This document shows positions 40,490 through 52,010 of a stretch of DNA of 64,000 nucleotides, piece after piece. Made by a program: the position numbers and the translations under genes. A model generated the notes under the pieces. The model saw only the letters and a program-made list of their open reading frames with translations, was not told the DNA's origin and searched no databases. The stretch is from Octopus vulgaris (lineage: Eukaryota), in the NCBI GenBank assembly GCA_951406725.2, contig OX597842.1, positions 29,016,001 through 29,080,000 on the forward strand, written 5' to 3'. Position 1 is the first letter of the stretch, and each line of letters starts with the position of its first letter.

Positions 40490-42835
40490 CACAAAATAAG
40501 AAAATGGAGAAATACACCTTAATGAATAATCAACTACCAGATAATACCCAATCACATAATTTATTAACCAACTACATATGAACATCAAGGTCAAACATAA
40601 TAGTACAGAACAAAACAATGCACATCAATGAGTAATATGATACAATAAGTAAAGGAACCGAAACATGTAAAATTCATAAGAAAATTAAAATTTATCTAAT
40701 ATAGTAGCGTTTTCAAACCTCTTTTTTACAAATATATATATATTTATATATATATATATATATATAAACAAATACATATACCCGAAAACAACCACGCACA
40801 CATATATGTATATATATACATACACATACATACTGTTAACTAAAATAGTATTAAGAATCATTAAAATTAAGATAATATTAATTGTTAATACAACGAAAGG
40901 GGTTGGAAGGGTAATTCGTAATATACAAAAAAGAGGGGCCTAAAAGGGTAGAAAGAGGTAAGGGTTAATAAAAGGCAAAGGTTGGAAAATATTGAGATAA
41001 AATTTATAAGAAGGGTATAAACTCAAAACCCAGATTTACCATAACCAGTGTAAAGAAGATGTAGGTTATTTGCATAAGATACATAATTAAAAATTACACC
41101 ACATATTCCGTAAACAATCAGAAGACTAGGAAACCGTCCAGATATCAACACTTGTAAATTTTATCTGAATATTTTCCAACAGTAATCAGACACAAGAACA
41201 GGAGTAAAGAGGGAGGACAATTTATTAAATGAACCCCCTGGATATTACTGGTACAGATTTTGAGCCCAGGAGTTGAACTTGGAACACAAACGGATCAAAG
41301 TAAGGGGATGATTCTGCATTTAGCCCAGGGCCAGAGGAAAGAGGAAAATTTCAAGAGAAGGGGTGGTGAGGTGTTTTACATGGAATGAAAGGAAGAAGGG
41401 AGAGGATTTGAACCTGTAACGTTGAGGTAACGAAGGATGAGATGAAGTAAAGAATCCAGTCAGGTAACAACAACAACAACAATAATTATGATGATTAATT
41501 AATGAAGTTAGATTACAGTGTCATTAGAGTGTGAGAGAGAGAGAGAGAGGGGTGAAGCATGACGACCCATGGTGGGATTATGACATGAATGACTCGAAAC
41601 AAGAAAACAAAGATTAAAGAAACAGATTTGGATAATCCAAATCCATTGGGGACTTACTTTTGAACTGCCAGATGGAGAGGGGTGTCACCCTCGAGGTTCA
41701 CCTTATTGACATCGATGCCATTCTGTTTCAGGAGAAAATCAACAACATCCTTGCGTCCATGAGCAGAGGCAAGATGTAGAGGGGTGAGACCATGGTTGGT
41801 CACAGCATTAACATCCGTGCAATTCTGTTGCAGGAGAAGTTCAACAACGTCCTTGCTTCCATAGCGACAGGCAAAATGGAGAGCTGTCCAACCTTCGTTC
41901 TCCACAGCATTAACATCCGTGTCTTTATGTTTCAGGAGAAGTTCAACAACGTCCTTGCTTCCATAGCGACAGGCAAAATGGAGACCTGTCCAAACAGCTT
42001 TCTGCACAGCATTAACATCCGTGTCTTTATGTTTCAGGAGAAGTTCAACAACGTCCTTGCTTCCATATTGACAGGCAACATGGAGAGCTGTTGCACTAAA
42101 ATTATTTCGCTGATTAACCTAAAAAAGATAAACAATAAAGACATTAAAGATGGTGTTTATTGGGGAAAGAAGGAAAAAAATGAAAAATGTCAGAAAAACA
42201 GAATCAGATTAATTTAAACAGGTGGAATGAAAGGTGAGGGGAAAATAAATGAGATTTATAATGTATCTATACACACACACATTTGTGTATGCATATATAT
42301 ATATATATACACTCTCGCACATACATATATACATAAATACCTATATATACATACGTGTTTTATATCTTCACGGATCATTTGTTTATGCATTTTTGTGTAT
42401 ATATGCGTTTATGTGTGTGTATATTTGTGTATGTATGTACAGGTCTGTGTGAGCTGAAGAAAAGTTTTTAATTAAAAAAAATATAAATATAAACTGTTTC
42501 ATATACATAAAACACAAACCAACATACATATCATTATACACACACACACATATATATATATATTCGCTGACCTGTAAATTGTTATTTTCTTTGCTATTTA
42601 ACAGGACTTTGACTACATCTTCATATTTATTCTCCACAGCCCAATGTAGAGGTGTTTCGCCCCATGAGTTCTGCTTATTAACATTTGCTCCTCTGGAGAC
42701 TAAGAAGGCCACAGCATCAGTTTTGTGGCTGAAAGGAAGAAAAACAAACATAAAACATCACATTCCCTTAATAATTACATTAAATATACACTCGTGTTCC
42801 ATTAAATGCATAAAAACCTATGTATACTACAGCCT

Positions 42836-42868
<33 letters not shown>

Positions 42869-44732
42869 GTATTATGTAAAGGCAAAACTACACAATTGTG
42901 CCCCAGGCGAATGTTTCCTTGTAACTTCTAGAAAAAGGGATGTTTTTCAATGAAATTTCTTTCCCAAATATCCTTCAGATGGCAAATATTCCAATTATAT
43001 CGGAATTTGTTGTAAGAAAAACCTTTTCGGTGGGTGGAGAGAAAAATTTAGGAAAGTTCCCCCGAGTCGGCTTTGTTTCCAAAATAATAGATATTTTCAA
43101 ATGAAATTTTCAATAAAACCGTTTCAGATGGTGAAGATTTCGATTATATCGGAATTTAATATGAAGAATATTTTAAAAATTGGTGGATTCGCACAGATAT
43201 ACACTGACACAAAACAGAAAATAAGAAGATGAACTTTGGGAAAATAACCGTGATGTGTGTCAGTATGTATGTGTGCGAAACCATCAAATTTTTAAAGTTT
43301 TTTCATGTTAAATTCCGATATAATCCTAATCTACACCATTTGAAAGGGATTTGTAGAAATTTTCACAGAAACAAAATATCCACTTTTCTGAAAGTTATAG
43401 AAAAACAAAACGGATTTGGGTGAATTTTGAGAAAGTCAACTCCTCAACGTTTGAAAATTTGTTTTTACAACAATTTCCGATATAATTGGAATCTTCATCA
43501 TCTGAAGCATTTTTGTCAAAGAAATTTCATTAAAAAATATCAATTTGTCTCAAAGTTATAAGGAAACAAATTCGTCGTGGGGCCCAGTTGTGTAGGTATG
43601 CCTATACATATGGACGCATATATATATATATGTTAATAAAATATATGCATATATATAAACATATATGTACGTACCTACCTCTACATGTACATATACACGC
43701 ATATATGTGTACAGGACACCAAAAGGACGTCGAACACATAGAGAGACGAAAAACATAGACACAAACCAAGGAACAAGACAAGCAAAAAAAGGAAATACAG
43801 GACAATAAGCACAACGAAAAATCCCCTTCTTCAGTCGCTAAAGTTTCATCTACTAAACGTTTCGAAGGATAAAAGCGAGACGTATACTTCGAATGAAAAA
43901 TTCCTTCCCGCGAAAAGCAAATCAATTAAAATTCTGAGATCTTGTCGCAGAGGGGTAAAAAAAAAAGGCAAGACGGTAACGACAGTACAAACATATAAAC
44001 AGTAAAATATATATATAAACAGTGGAAAAATAAATATATAACAGTGAGAGACAGGACAAGGAGAACAAGATAAGAAGGGCTGTTAACGCCAGACATATAT
44101 ATATATATATGCTTTATTTTAAGCAGCAGAAAATTCAACGTACATATATATATCACCGGTATATATCGCTAGTTGAAATGTCAAAGTCAATAATATTATA
44201 CAGGTGTGTATGTGTATATATATATATTTATATATATATATATGCATGTATGTGTATGTATGTATATAGAGAGACAGACAGACAGAGAAATATGAGCCAC
44301 TGAAATACGTATAATCGTTAATACACAGTAAACAAATGTGTACGTGTGTGTGTATACTCATATTAATAGGTGAGGGTATAAAGTATAAATATTTTTATCC
44401 CAGCGAGTGTACAATACAAAACAAGGATTAAGTACCGTTGTTAGTATCTACATATTTGGTATACATTGAAAAATGTATTGTAACCCTTTTGCGAAAGATG
44501 GAATGTCTGAAAATTATAGACAAACTAATTGATAGCAGATTTCTCATCAATCTAAAAGAAAAACAACAGCAGCAGCACGTCGTAATTGGCGGGAAAACTA
44601 CGTCTGCAAATGTAATGTTGTCATAGCAACAGACTATGCAAGAGAAAGTTTGTTGTTAAGGGCAACGAGGCGTATTTTTACCGCCAAAGGAAACAGTAAA
44701 GTATAGCGGTCATATAACACACAAATATTTAT

Positions 44733-44781
<49 letters not shown>

Positions 44782-44826
44782 GTGTATGTATATATATATA
44801 TGTGTGTGTGTATACATATATATATT

Positions 44827-44859
<33 letters not shown>

Positions 44860-47800
44860 ATATAAGTTAAACTCCAGTGTTTGACTCGAGCAAAAAAAAA
44901 TTGTGCAATAGGTGTAAAATAAAATGTATTAAACGAATATGTAAAAAAAAAATACACTCTGGCGAACGAGGGGCGGTGGAGACGACTCGGAAAATTCACA
45001 CGATCAATCTCACAGGATCCGAAAACTACATGTTGTTTTATACCTGTTACACTTTTTGTTTTCATTTTTGCGACCGGTTGTCGAGTGGGGTTACCGGATC
45101 GTGTGAATCATCCGAGTCCGCACCCCACCCACCCGCCCCGTCACAAAAATTGAACAAAAGTAGAGTACTGGGTGTAAAATAATGTGTAAAATACGAAAAT
45201 GAAGAACAAAAAATTCGCCGACGAACGGGGAAGTGGTGAGATTTGAATTTTCCGAGTCGTCTCCCCACCTCCCGTTCGCCATATTTTTCTTTTTCATATA
45301 CGTTTACTACATGTTGTTTCACACCTATTGCACTATTTTTTTTCCTTTTTTCTTTGCTTGGGCCAAACACTAGATTTTAACCTAGTGTTTCCCTCCTCTG
45401 TCTTCTCCATCTGAAGGAGCCATGTCCCTCTTCTAACGCAAGACACCTTTCTCTCCAGCAATATTAGCTCCCCCACTTCACCACCTCAACCAGTCGAGAG
45501 GTCTTTGTCTCGCAATTAACTGGTGACCTCACTGGTTTGGATGGCATGTAAAAGGCATCCAGTACACTCTGCAAAGTGGTTGGTGTTAGGAAGGTCATCC
45601 AGCCATAGAAACCAAACCTAAGCAGACAGTAGTGTTTGGTGTGGTCTTCTGACTTGTCTGTTCCTATCAAACCCTCCTACCCATGCCAGCATGGAAAAGG
45701 AACATTCGATGACAATGATGGTGTGTGTGTGTTTGTGCAAAATTCTGGAACAATTTGCGACTGCAGTAGCTATAGAAACTAACAAGAACTTCAAAACATG
45801 TTTTATTGTCCAGAGATGACCTTATGAAGCACAATTCAAAATATAATAGATCTCAAAATGTGTTGAGTGAGTTGCAGATGGAGGTGAGAAATAATTTCTG
45901 TAAGAAATTTACAGATTATTTACTGTCAAAACAAGCTAGAGAATCTTTCTTGTTGCTTTAGATCTCAAATAACATTTTCTTTGGAGAAAAATTGATCGAT
46001 CTCCCCATAATCAATATGAAGAGAAGACACTGAATCAGAATGGGTCAATCTTAAGAACTGTTGGCTCTCAAAGAATATTTCCATACTTTGTTATATATAT
46101 ACTGATATGTATGCATGTATGTATGTATAGGATGACTCACGAGTCATCTTCGTAGTCATAAAGCGAGACAGATGAGTGACAACCTGGCCACTGGTGGTGG
46201 TGTAACGCACCATACTAATCATATCTGTTTTGACAAAAAATAACGAAAAAGATTTTTGTGATTCAATGAAGAGGATTCATGGAGAAAATGAGAAAAAGAT
46301 GTTATTTGGTTACTACTATCATGTTGTTATCGTGTCACACTGCCACTATTATGGTATCTTTGGATATTCAAATAGTCTGGAATTGCAAAAGATTTCAAAA
46401 CAAAAGCAGATCTGAAGATTTTAATTAATTCAAGCCTTACCTTTTCACAGCATAATGTAAAGCTGTCTGACCTCCTATGTTACTCATGTCTATATTGGCT
46501 CCAGATTCTATCAAGAAGTCTATGAGACTTGTGCTGCCCTGTTCACAAGCCGCCATTAAGAAAGTTTTACTGTCTGAACCTTTTTGGTTGACCTGAAGAG
46601 AAGAAAGAGAAGATATATAAAATATATCAAAGGAGAGAGAGAGAGGAGGGAAGAATAGAGAGAGAGAGAGAGAGAGTAAAGAAGATGCTGGAGTGAAAGA
46701 AAGAGATATGAAAGACGAAGAAAGAAAGATACACACACACACACACACCAGTGTGCAACATGAAATAAAATGTCTTGCTGAAGAATACAACACACAGCCC
46801 AGACTGGGAATCAAACTCACTATCTCCTGATTGTGAACCTGTTGCCCTAACCATTGAGTCATGCGCCTTCATATACATATACACACATACACACACACAT
46901 GTATGTATGTATGTATGTATGTAAGGGTGGAGGAACTCTTGAGAGTCAACAGCCTTCCAATAAATGTCTTAAGGCTGTATCATGCACGGGAACATAGAAA
47001 TAATTGGACTGAATACCCGATCGCGCGGTTAAACCATTGGGAGTGAAGGACTCCTAGCCTTTGTTTGGGCATCCTTCTAGGCGAAGGTAACTCAGGTAAC
47101 TGGGATAACTCCGGCATAAAACCTGCAGCTCAGTGGTTGCCGATGATGTTGAATTGTTCTTCTTTTCGGATTATGGCTGCTGTTGCTTAGTGAGTGGGAT
47201 TGACTCAGTGCACAGCCTTTCCTCACTTTAAAAAAAATCTTCTTGCACAGGCATTGCACGATAACAACATTGATTAAGCTTCGTACAATGGCCATACTCG
47301 ATAACGAGGGGGCAGCCATCATATATATATGTATGTATGTATAGTTCCAGTCATTCAAGTCCCACCACTGGTCTAAGTACAGTAAAGCTACAACTTCAAA
47401 TTCTCACAAACATTTAACTTAGACATTGTTACCTAATTAGATTACTATATCCATACTTTGTTATATATATACTGATATGTATACATGTATGTATGTATAG
47501 GATGACTCACGAGTCATCTTCGTAGTCATAAAACAAGACAGATGAGTACAATCAGTACAAATATACCATTTCATGGTAGATGGAAGAGTCTTTCTTATGA
47601 AACATAAGATGTCTGTCTTAGGGAAAAAAAAATCAGTTGAGAAAATCTACCAGTTTATTACTGGTATGTATATCAATTATGAATTGAAGAGAATACTGAC
47701 AAGATTTCAAATGTGGTATCTGATAGGAGACACACAGGTAAATAAGAGAAACCATCTACACAAAGCAACTGTAGGGATTAGGCAATAAGATGGTGTATAA

Positions 47801-49762
47801 AGTAACTGAACAGGGGAAGAGCTATAAAGGGTCAAAACCTCAGAAATAATTGTGTAGATTCTAAATATATCAGACTCGATTTTAGTTTAGTATTCCCTGG
47901 TAAAGCTCATGAAATTCTACACTGTGTTATCACTGATGCCTGGCATAGTAGCACTTTCATTTAATGCTATAATGATGAAGGAGATTTAAATGATGGTGAG
48001 AGAAGAACAGGATGTTTGAAATGAAGCATGGATCTTCAGATGTCATATGTCTGGCGAAACAGGAACATAAGATCTACTTGGAAAAGAATGAAAGCAAATC
48101 TACAAGAAAGGTGTAGAGCACAGGTAAATCAAGGTGAAAAAGGCTTAGAAAGACTGTTTAGTTCATGCTAAGCTCAAGGAAAAGATTGAAAATCTATTTA
48201 TGTTAGTCACTGAATCTATTACAAAGTAATTACTTGTAATTAGACATCTGTGACATCTTTGGAACGACACCAATCACAACTAAATATGAGCAACTATGGA
48301 AAAGTAGACACAAATGAAAAGAAACAATGAAGAAAATAAGAAATATTCTGAAAGTAGGGATCAGAATTTTGAGCCTAAATGAGGCAGCAGCAGTGTCAGG
48401 GCTTACATTAGTTTGTAGCCATACAATATGTAAGAAGGTGTGAGTGGTTCATACACAACTGTATTACACCTGTACAAAAAAACACTATCGACTTCACCTT
48501 GAGGAAAACACCTACCCTCACTAAACTGGCAGACATTCACCCACCATTGAAATACATGTATGATGGTCATCAAGAAATTAAAGGATGTTTTTTCTGCATT
48601 TCACCATTTGTCAGCTGTCTTCCCTCCCAAATTAAAAGCCACATTTTCTGGTCTCTTACCTAGAGTATCTCTATAGATTTTACAAAATCATTCCACCCAC
48701 CACTCCCTAACCATGATGGTTCTATACCAGTGCTTCTTAAACTTTTCAATTATGGCCCTTTTTTATTTACTAAGAGTTTTTCAATGCCCCTTTTCTTGCT
48801 ATGATTCAATATCTCTGATTTTTAATGTTCTCACGGGTCAGATTAATTTACCTTTGGGTCCTAGTCTTGACATGGGTGACTACTTACCACAGCACCACCC
48901 CACAATAAGTGAACATTTGATGCATCACCACTTCACTTTAGTTTCTGATCCAAACTCAACTACACATTGAGTTTTATATATTTGTACGACCATAGCCACC
49001 TTGGCTCCCTGGTCCTTATAAAATTTTCCACAAACCCTACCCAAGGGTAGCACTACTCTCTTAGGAAGCCCTGTTTTATAATTCTTGCTGATAGTGTCCT
49101 ATCTGCTGACTACCAGCCAGTCATTCTAACTTCCAATATTTCAATTATGAAGTAAAAAGTCATAAACAACCATCATCTTTGTCCCTTTGGGTATCTTTCT
49201 CTATTCAATGAGCCCCAGAACAGTTCCATAAAACCGGTTCAAGCAGAGGTCTGATTCCTACGTGACTCCCCAGTGTTTTGGTTATGTTTGACAACTTCTG
49301 CAAAAGAAATACTGTAGCCCATGACATCGGTAAAACCTTTAACTGTGTATGGCAAGAGAATTTCTTGACAAAGTCATCATTTATCTATTGGGTCCATCTG
49401 TCCCCCATCTCTTGGACTGAATATTTCCTGCCAGAATACTCCATTGCAGTGTGTAAGGATGGGTTTCTCTCTCACTCACATTCCATCAATTCTGGCATAC
49501 CTCATTGTCTGGTTGAATATTTATAAAAAGTGACAATGATGAGGATTAGAGGAAAGAGGTAAAGAAAGAAATGAAATATTAAGGACAAATATATCTGGTT
49601 ATTTAGGAACATTTAATATTGTGTATAAAATAATAAACAAACATTTAACATTGAAGAAGCAATATAAAGTAAACTTACTTTATCAGGATTTTCTTTGATA
49701 AATCGTTTCACATCTTTAAAGTCCCCATTCCGAATCTTGCTTATAATCTCATTTACATCCAT
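22274..49762 (-). CDS. Spliced gene: ankyrin-repeat + RING-HC + Death-domain protein (Mind bomb/MIB2-like C-terminal half fused to a Death domain); putative E3 ubiquitin ligase, about 603 aa with all exons
   Basis: Exons 49679-49762, 46441-46592, 42572-42728, 41658-42118, 39884-39920, 36808-37017, 34848-35026, 31012-31151, 29702-29752, 29213-29284, 25379-25450, 22274-22470. All have AG/GT boundaries with matching phases (0,2,0,2,0,0,2,1,1,1,1) and sum to 1812 nt with no internal stop. TPLH-type ankyrin motifs, [42 protein letters not shown] Death domain. Confidence 0.88.
22830..23210 (-). mobile_element. Decayed RTE-like LINE 3' fragment in the last intron
   Basis: ..[21 protein letters not shown] motifs. 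Confidence 0.5.
23398..24090 (-). mobile_element. Mariner (DD34D-like) transposase remnant
   Basis: [10 protein letters not shown]; FELL..YCKQL; QDNARP; related terminal fragment at about 56030-56150. Confidence 0.8.
24105..24218 (+). mobile_element. Very short 5'-truncated LINE 3' end with target-site duplication
   Basis: [24 protein letters not shown]...* plus (GAT)n tail, flanked by TGTTATTTCC at 24095-24104 and 24219-24228. Confidence 0.75.
25379..25450 (-). CDS. Coding exon 11, Death-domain helices 1-2 ([24 protein letters not shown])
   Basis: tatttcag acceptor, gtgagt donor, 72 nt; L..VA..LG..W pattern continues in phase into the terminal exon. Confidence 0.85.
26030..27140 (-). mobile_element. 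Decayed RLE-type (HERO/NeSL-like) LINE reverse-transcriptase fragment
   Basis: GSVPHKLV; [22 protein letters not shown]; [13 protein letters not shown]. Confidence 0.6.
29213..29284 (-). CDS. Candidate exon 10, 72-nt phase 1-1 paralogue of the Death-domain first exon ([24 protein letters not shown])
   Basis: tatttcag acceptor, gtgagt donor, open frame; same length and QQV|G end as 25379-25450. Confidence 0.6.
29702..29752 (-). CDS. Candidate exon 9, 51-nt phase 1-1 paralogue of the Death-domain first exon ([17 protein letters not shown])
   Basis: tatttcag acceptor, gtgagt donor, open frame; flanking introns homologous to those of 25379-25450. Confidence 0.6.
31012..31151 (-). CDS. Coding exon 8, RING-HC finger ([46 protein letters not shown])
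   Basis: C-x2-C-x11-C-x-H-x3-C-x2-C-x7-C-x2-C; ccacag acceptor, gtaaga donor, 140 nt. Confidence 0.92.
32700..33250 (+). mobile_element. Highly decayed CR1/L2-like RT fragment
   Basis: DYHPVSLT; [15 protein letters not shown]; QGTTLG remnants. Confidence 0.5.
34848..35026 (-). CDS. Coding exon 7 ([59 protein letters not shown])
   Basis: ttgtag acceptor, gtaagt donor, 179 nt; resembles the split last ankyrin repeat of Mind bomb proteins (A..A.FL...GA.L...N.....PLDL). Confidence 0.88.
36808..37017 (-). CDS. Coding exon 6, ankyrin repeats ([20 protein letters not shown]...[12 protein letters not shown]...ILDE)
   Basis: caaag acceptor, gtaagt donor, 210 nt, phase 0-0. Confidence 0.88.
37750..38760 (-). 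mobile_element. RTE-like LINE fragment (AP-endonuclease to RT linker) in intron 5
   Basis: [27 protein letters not shown]; QHRLL; [27 protein letters not shown]. Confidence 0.75.
39392..39437 (-). ncRNA. Decayed minimal hammerhead motif in intron 5
   Basis: Minus strand GACAC-CTGACAA-A-GGCTG(10 nt)CAGCC-GAAACATT-GTGTT; stems I and II intact, core G8 mutated. Confidence 0.55.
39884..39920 (-). CDS. Coding exon 5, 37-nt exon ([12 protein letters not shown]) completing an ankyrin repeat
   Basis: ctttcag acceptor, gttagt donor; bridges phase 2 to phase 0 and supplies the second helix of the repeat. Confidence 0.8.
41658..42118 (-). CDS. Coding exon 4, about 4.5 ankyrin repeats including three near-identical 34-aa units
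   Basis: tttag acceptor, gtaagt donor, 461 nt; (T)[16 protein letters not shown]...DVNAV three times, then LTPLHLA and [11 protein letters not shown]. Confidence 0.93.
42572..42728 (-). CDS. Coding exon 3, ankyrin repeats ([31 protein letters not shown]...)
   Basis: tttcag acceptor, gtcagc donor, 157 nt, phase 2 to 0. Confidence 0.9.
42940..43545. repeat. MITE-like element with direct and inverted subterminal repeats
   Basis: ttcagatgg..attatatcggaattt at about 42975 and 43125; inverted at about 43310 and 43475. Confidence 0.6.
46441..46592 (-). CDS. Coding exon 2, ankyrin repeats ([19 protein letters not shown]...[10 protein letters not shown])
   Basis: ttcag acceptor, gtaagg donor, 152 nt; ankyrin consensus [13 protein letters not shown]. 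Confidence 0.9.
49679..49762 (-). CDS. Coding exon 1 ([28 protein letters not shown])
   Basis: aaag|acATG acceptor, 84 nt, gtaagt donor; resembles a first, capping ankyrin repeat and joins exon 2 in phase 0. Confidence 0.75.
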
Positions 49763-50085
49763 GTCTTTTGAATAAAAAGGAAAGTAAGATAATTTTTAAA
49801 AACTTAAAAAATGAGGTAAAGAGCAATTTAAAGAAGACTGCGTTTCTCAAATCTCCCATGAAATGACATAAATATTAAAAACTTCAGCTTATCTCAACAA
49901 TTATTTATAGCTGAATGTTCTTCTTGACACTAATAAACCTAACAACAGTCATTGTGTTGCATCTTTTGGTTTGCTACATTGCTCTGCTTATCACAGTCTC
50001 ATTGGTCACACACACACACAAGCACACGCACACACACACACATGCACACCCACACACACACACAAGCACACACACACAAGCACAC

Positions 50086-50187
<102 letters not shown>

Positions 50188-50460
50188 GCGTGTGTGTGTG
50201 TTTACATTTGTTGTCTCTGGCAATTTCTTAGCTTTCGGTGATTAGATTGTTATCATTTCTCCCGTTGACGAATAGACCATTGGAATAAGAGATCCCCTAC
50301 TTGAGCAACAGGTAAGGATTAAGGACATGAAGGGGATCCAGAAATAAAAAAAAGGCATCAAATACATATTCATCTAACCCATGCTAGCATGGAAAACAGA
50401 CGTAAAAATGACTACCATACATGCATATGCAAACATATGTACATCTATGTATATGTATAC

Positions 50461-50516
<56 letters not shown>

Positions 50517-50777
50517 AAAGGCATGTGGCCTAGTGGTTAGGGTGTTGCGCTCACAGTGGCTAGATTGTGGGTTCAATTCCCATACTGAGCAGTACCTTGT
50601 ATTCTTGAGCAAAACACCTCATTTCAATTTGCTGCAGTCCACTCAGCTGTAAATGGATCACCCTCCAAGAGACTTGTGTTGTGATTAGGGGGAACACTCA
50701 CTGGCCTGCTTGAAAGATGAAATGATGCAAAGCACATTGTGACCAGGGATGTGTAACAGCATTTGATAGTCTGGTCA

Positions 50778-51490
50778 ACACACACGTCTATATACACGCA
50801 TACCCGCACGTCTATATACGCACACACACACATGCGTGCACAATAAACGGTTCATACACACGTCTATATACACACATGTGCAAGAAAAAACACGGCTAAA
50901 GGCAAAAATACAGGAAAATGTGTAAAAAAATATGTAAAAAGACAATGAGTAAAACACGTCCTATATACGCACATGCTCGCATGCACACACACACACACAC
51001 ACACATGTCTATACACGCCCGTTCCGCACACATGCACACATCCACACATCCACACACAAAAGATTCCATATACACGTCTATATACGCACAGGGAAAATGC
51101 AGGGTGGAAGGTAGAATAGAGAAATAATATGTGTAAAAAATATATGAGCAATAAACCTATAAAACAATATCTCTATAAATATGTAAAAAATATATATAGA
51201 TATATATATATATATAAAATATAAAGAAATATAAGTAAAAAGTATAGAGAGATAAAAAGCTTGTACGTGGACACACGTGCATGCGAGTATGTGTGTATAT
51301 AGACGTGTTTTAGTCTTTGTCGTTTTTACACACTTTTTGCCCATTTTCCTCTATTTTGCCTTTTGCCGTTTTTTCTTGTACATGTGCGTATATAGATGTG
51401 TGTATGAACCTTTTTGTGTGTGTGTGCGCGTATATAGACGTGTGTGTGTACGTGCATACGGGTATGCGTGTATATAGACGTGTTTTACTT
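50778..51490. repeat. Foldback-like inverted repeat built from ACACGTCTATATAC units
   Basis: Motif repeated on + in 50780-51090 and on - in 51290-51485; longer arms also mirror. Confidence 0.7.
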
Positions 51491-52010
51491 TTATTACTTA
51501 TTTTTTTATATGTATTTTGGATCTTTTCCTCTTGAACGGCACATGTCAACACAATTTCTAGTTAACTAAACACTTTTAAACTTCGTATACTGGTAGAATG
51601 TGTTTATAAAACATCATTTTTTCTTGGCTTTATTGAGAAAATTCTATAGTTTGTAAGATATTTCCACTGTAAAATCGAGCATTTCGGCAATTTTAACCAA
51701 TCACTGGAGTCTATTTGGGGTGAAAACATTCCGTGCTGTATGAATATGCCCCTCGTTTAAGAAACAGATTGGGTTTATTTACATTTGCGAAGAAAAAAAG
51801 ATACCCTTCCCCACCCCTTTTTACACATGCCACTGGCACAGGTGCCAGTAAGGCGACGTTGGTAACGATCACGCTCGAATGGTGCCCTTTTACATATATA
51901 TATATGTATACGACAAGAAATAATTTTTGTCTCCTTTTTATGGAAACAAAGGGTTTATAGGACTGCAAAAAAAGAAGTGCTCAAATGTAACTGAGACAGA
52001 GATAAAGAAA

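Noticed and set aside
41792-42217. Plus-strand repetitive 141-aa ORF
   Set aside because: Antisense shadow of the ankyrin exon.
22274-49762. Naming the gene mib2, ankyrin or DAPK
   Set aside because: No MZM/REP, ZU5/UPA or kinase/ROC-COR exons found; orthology cannot be shown from this window.
50778-51490. Short repeats with variable spacers (CRISPR-like)
   Set aside because: Eukaryotic context, irregular spacing, low-complexity spacers, no cas genes; a foldback repeat.
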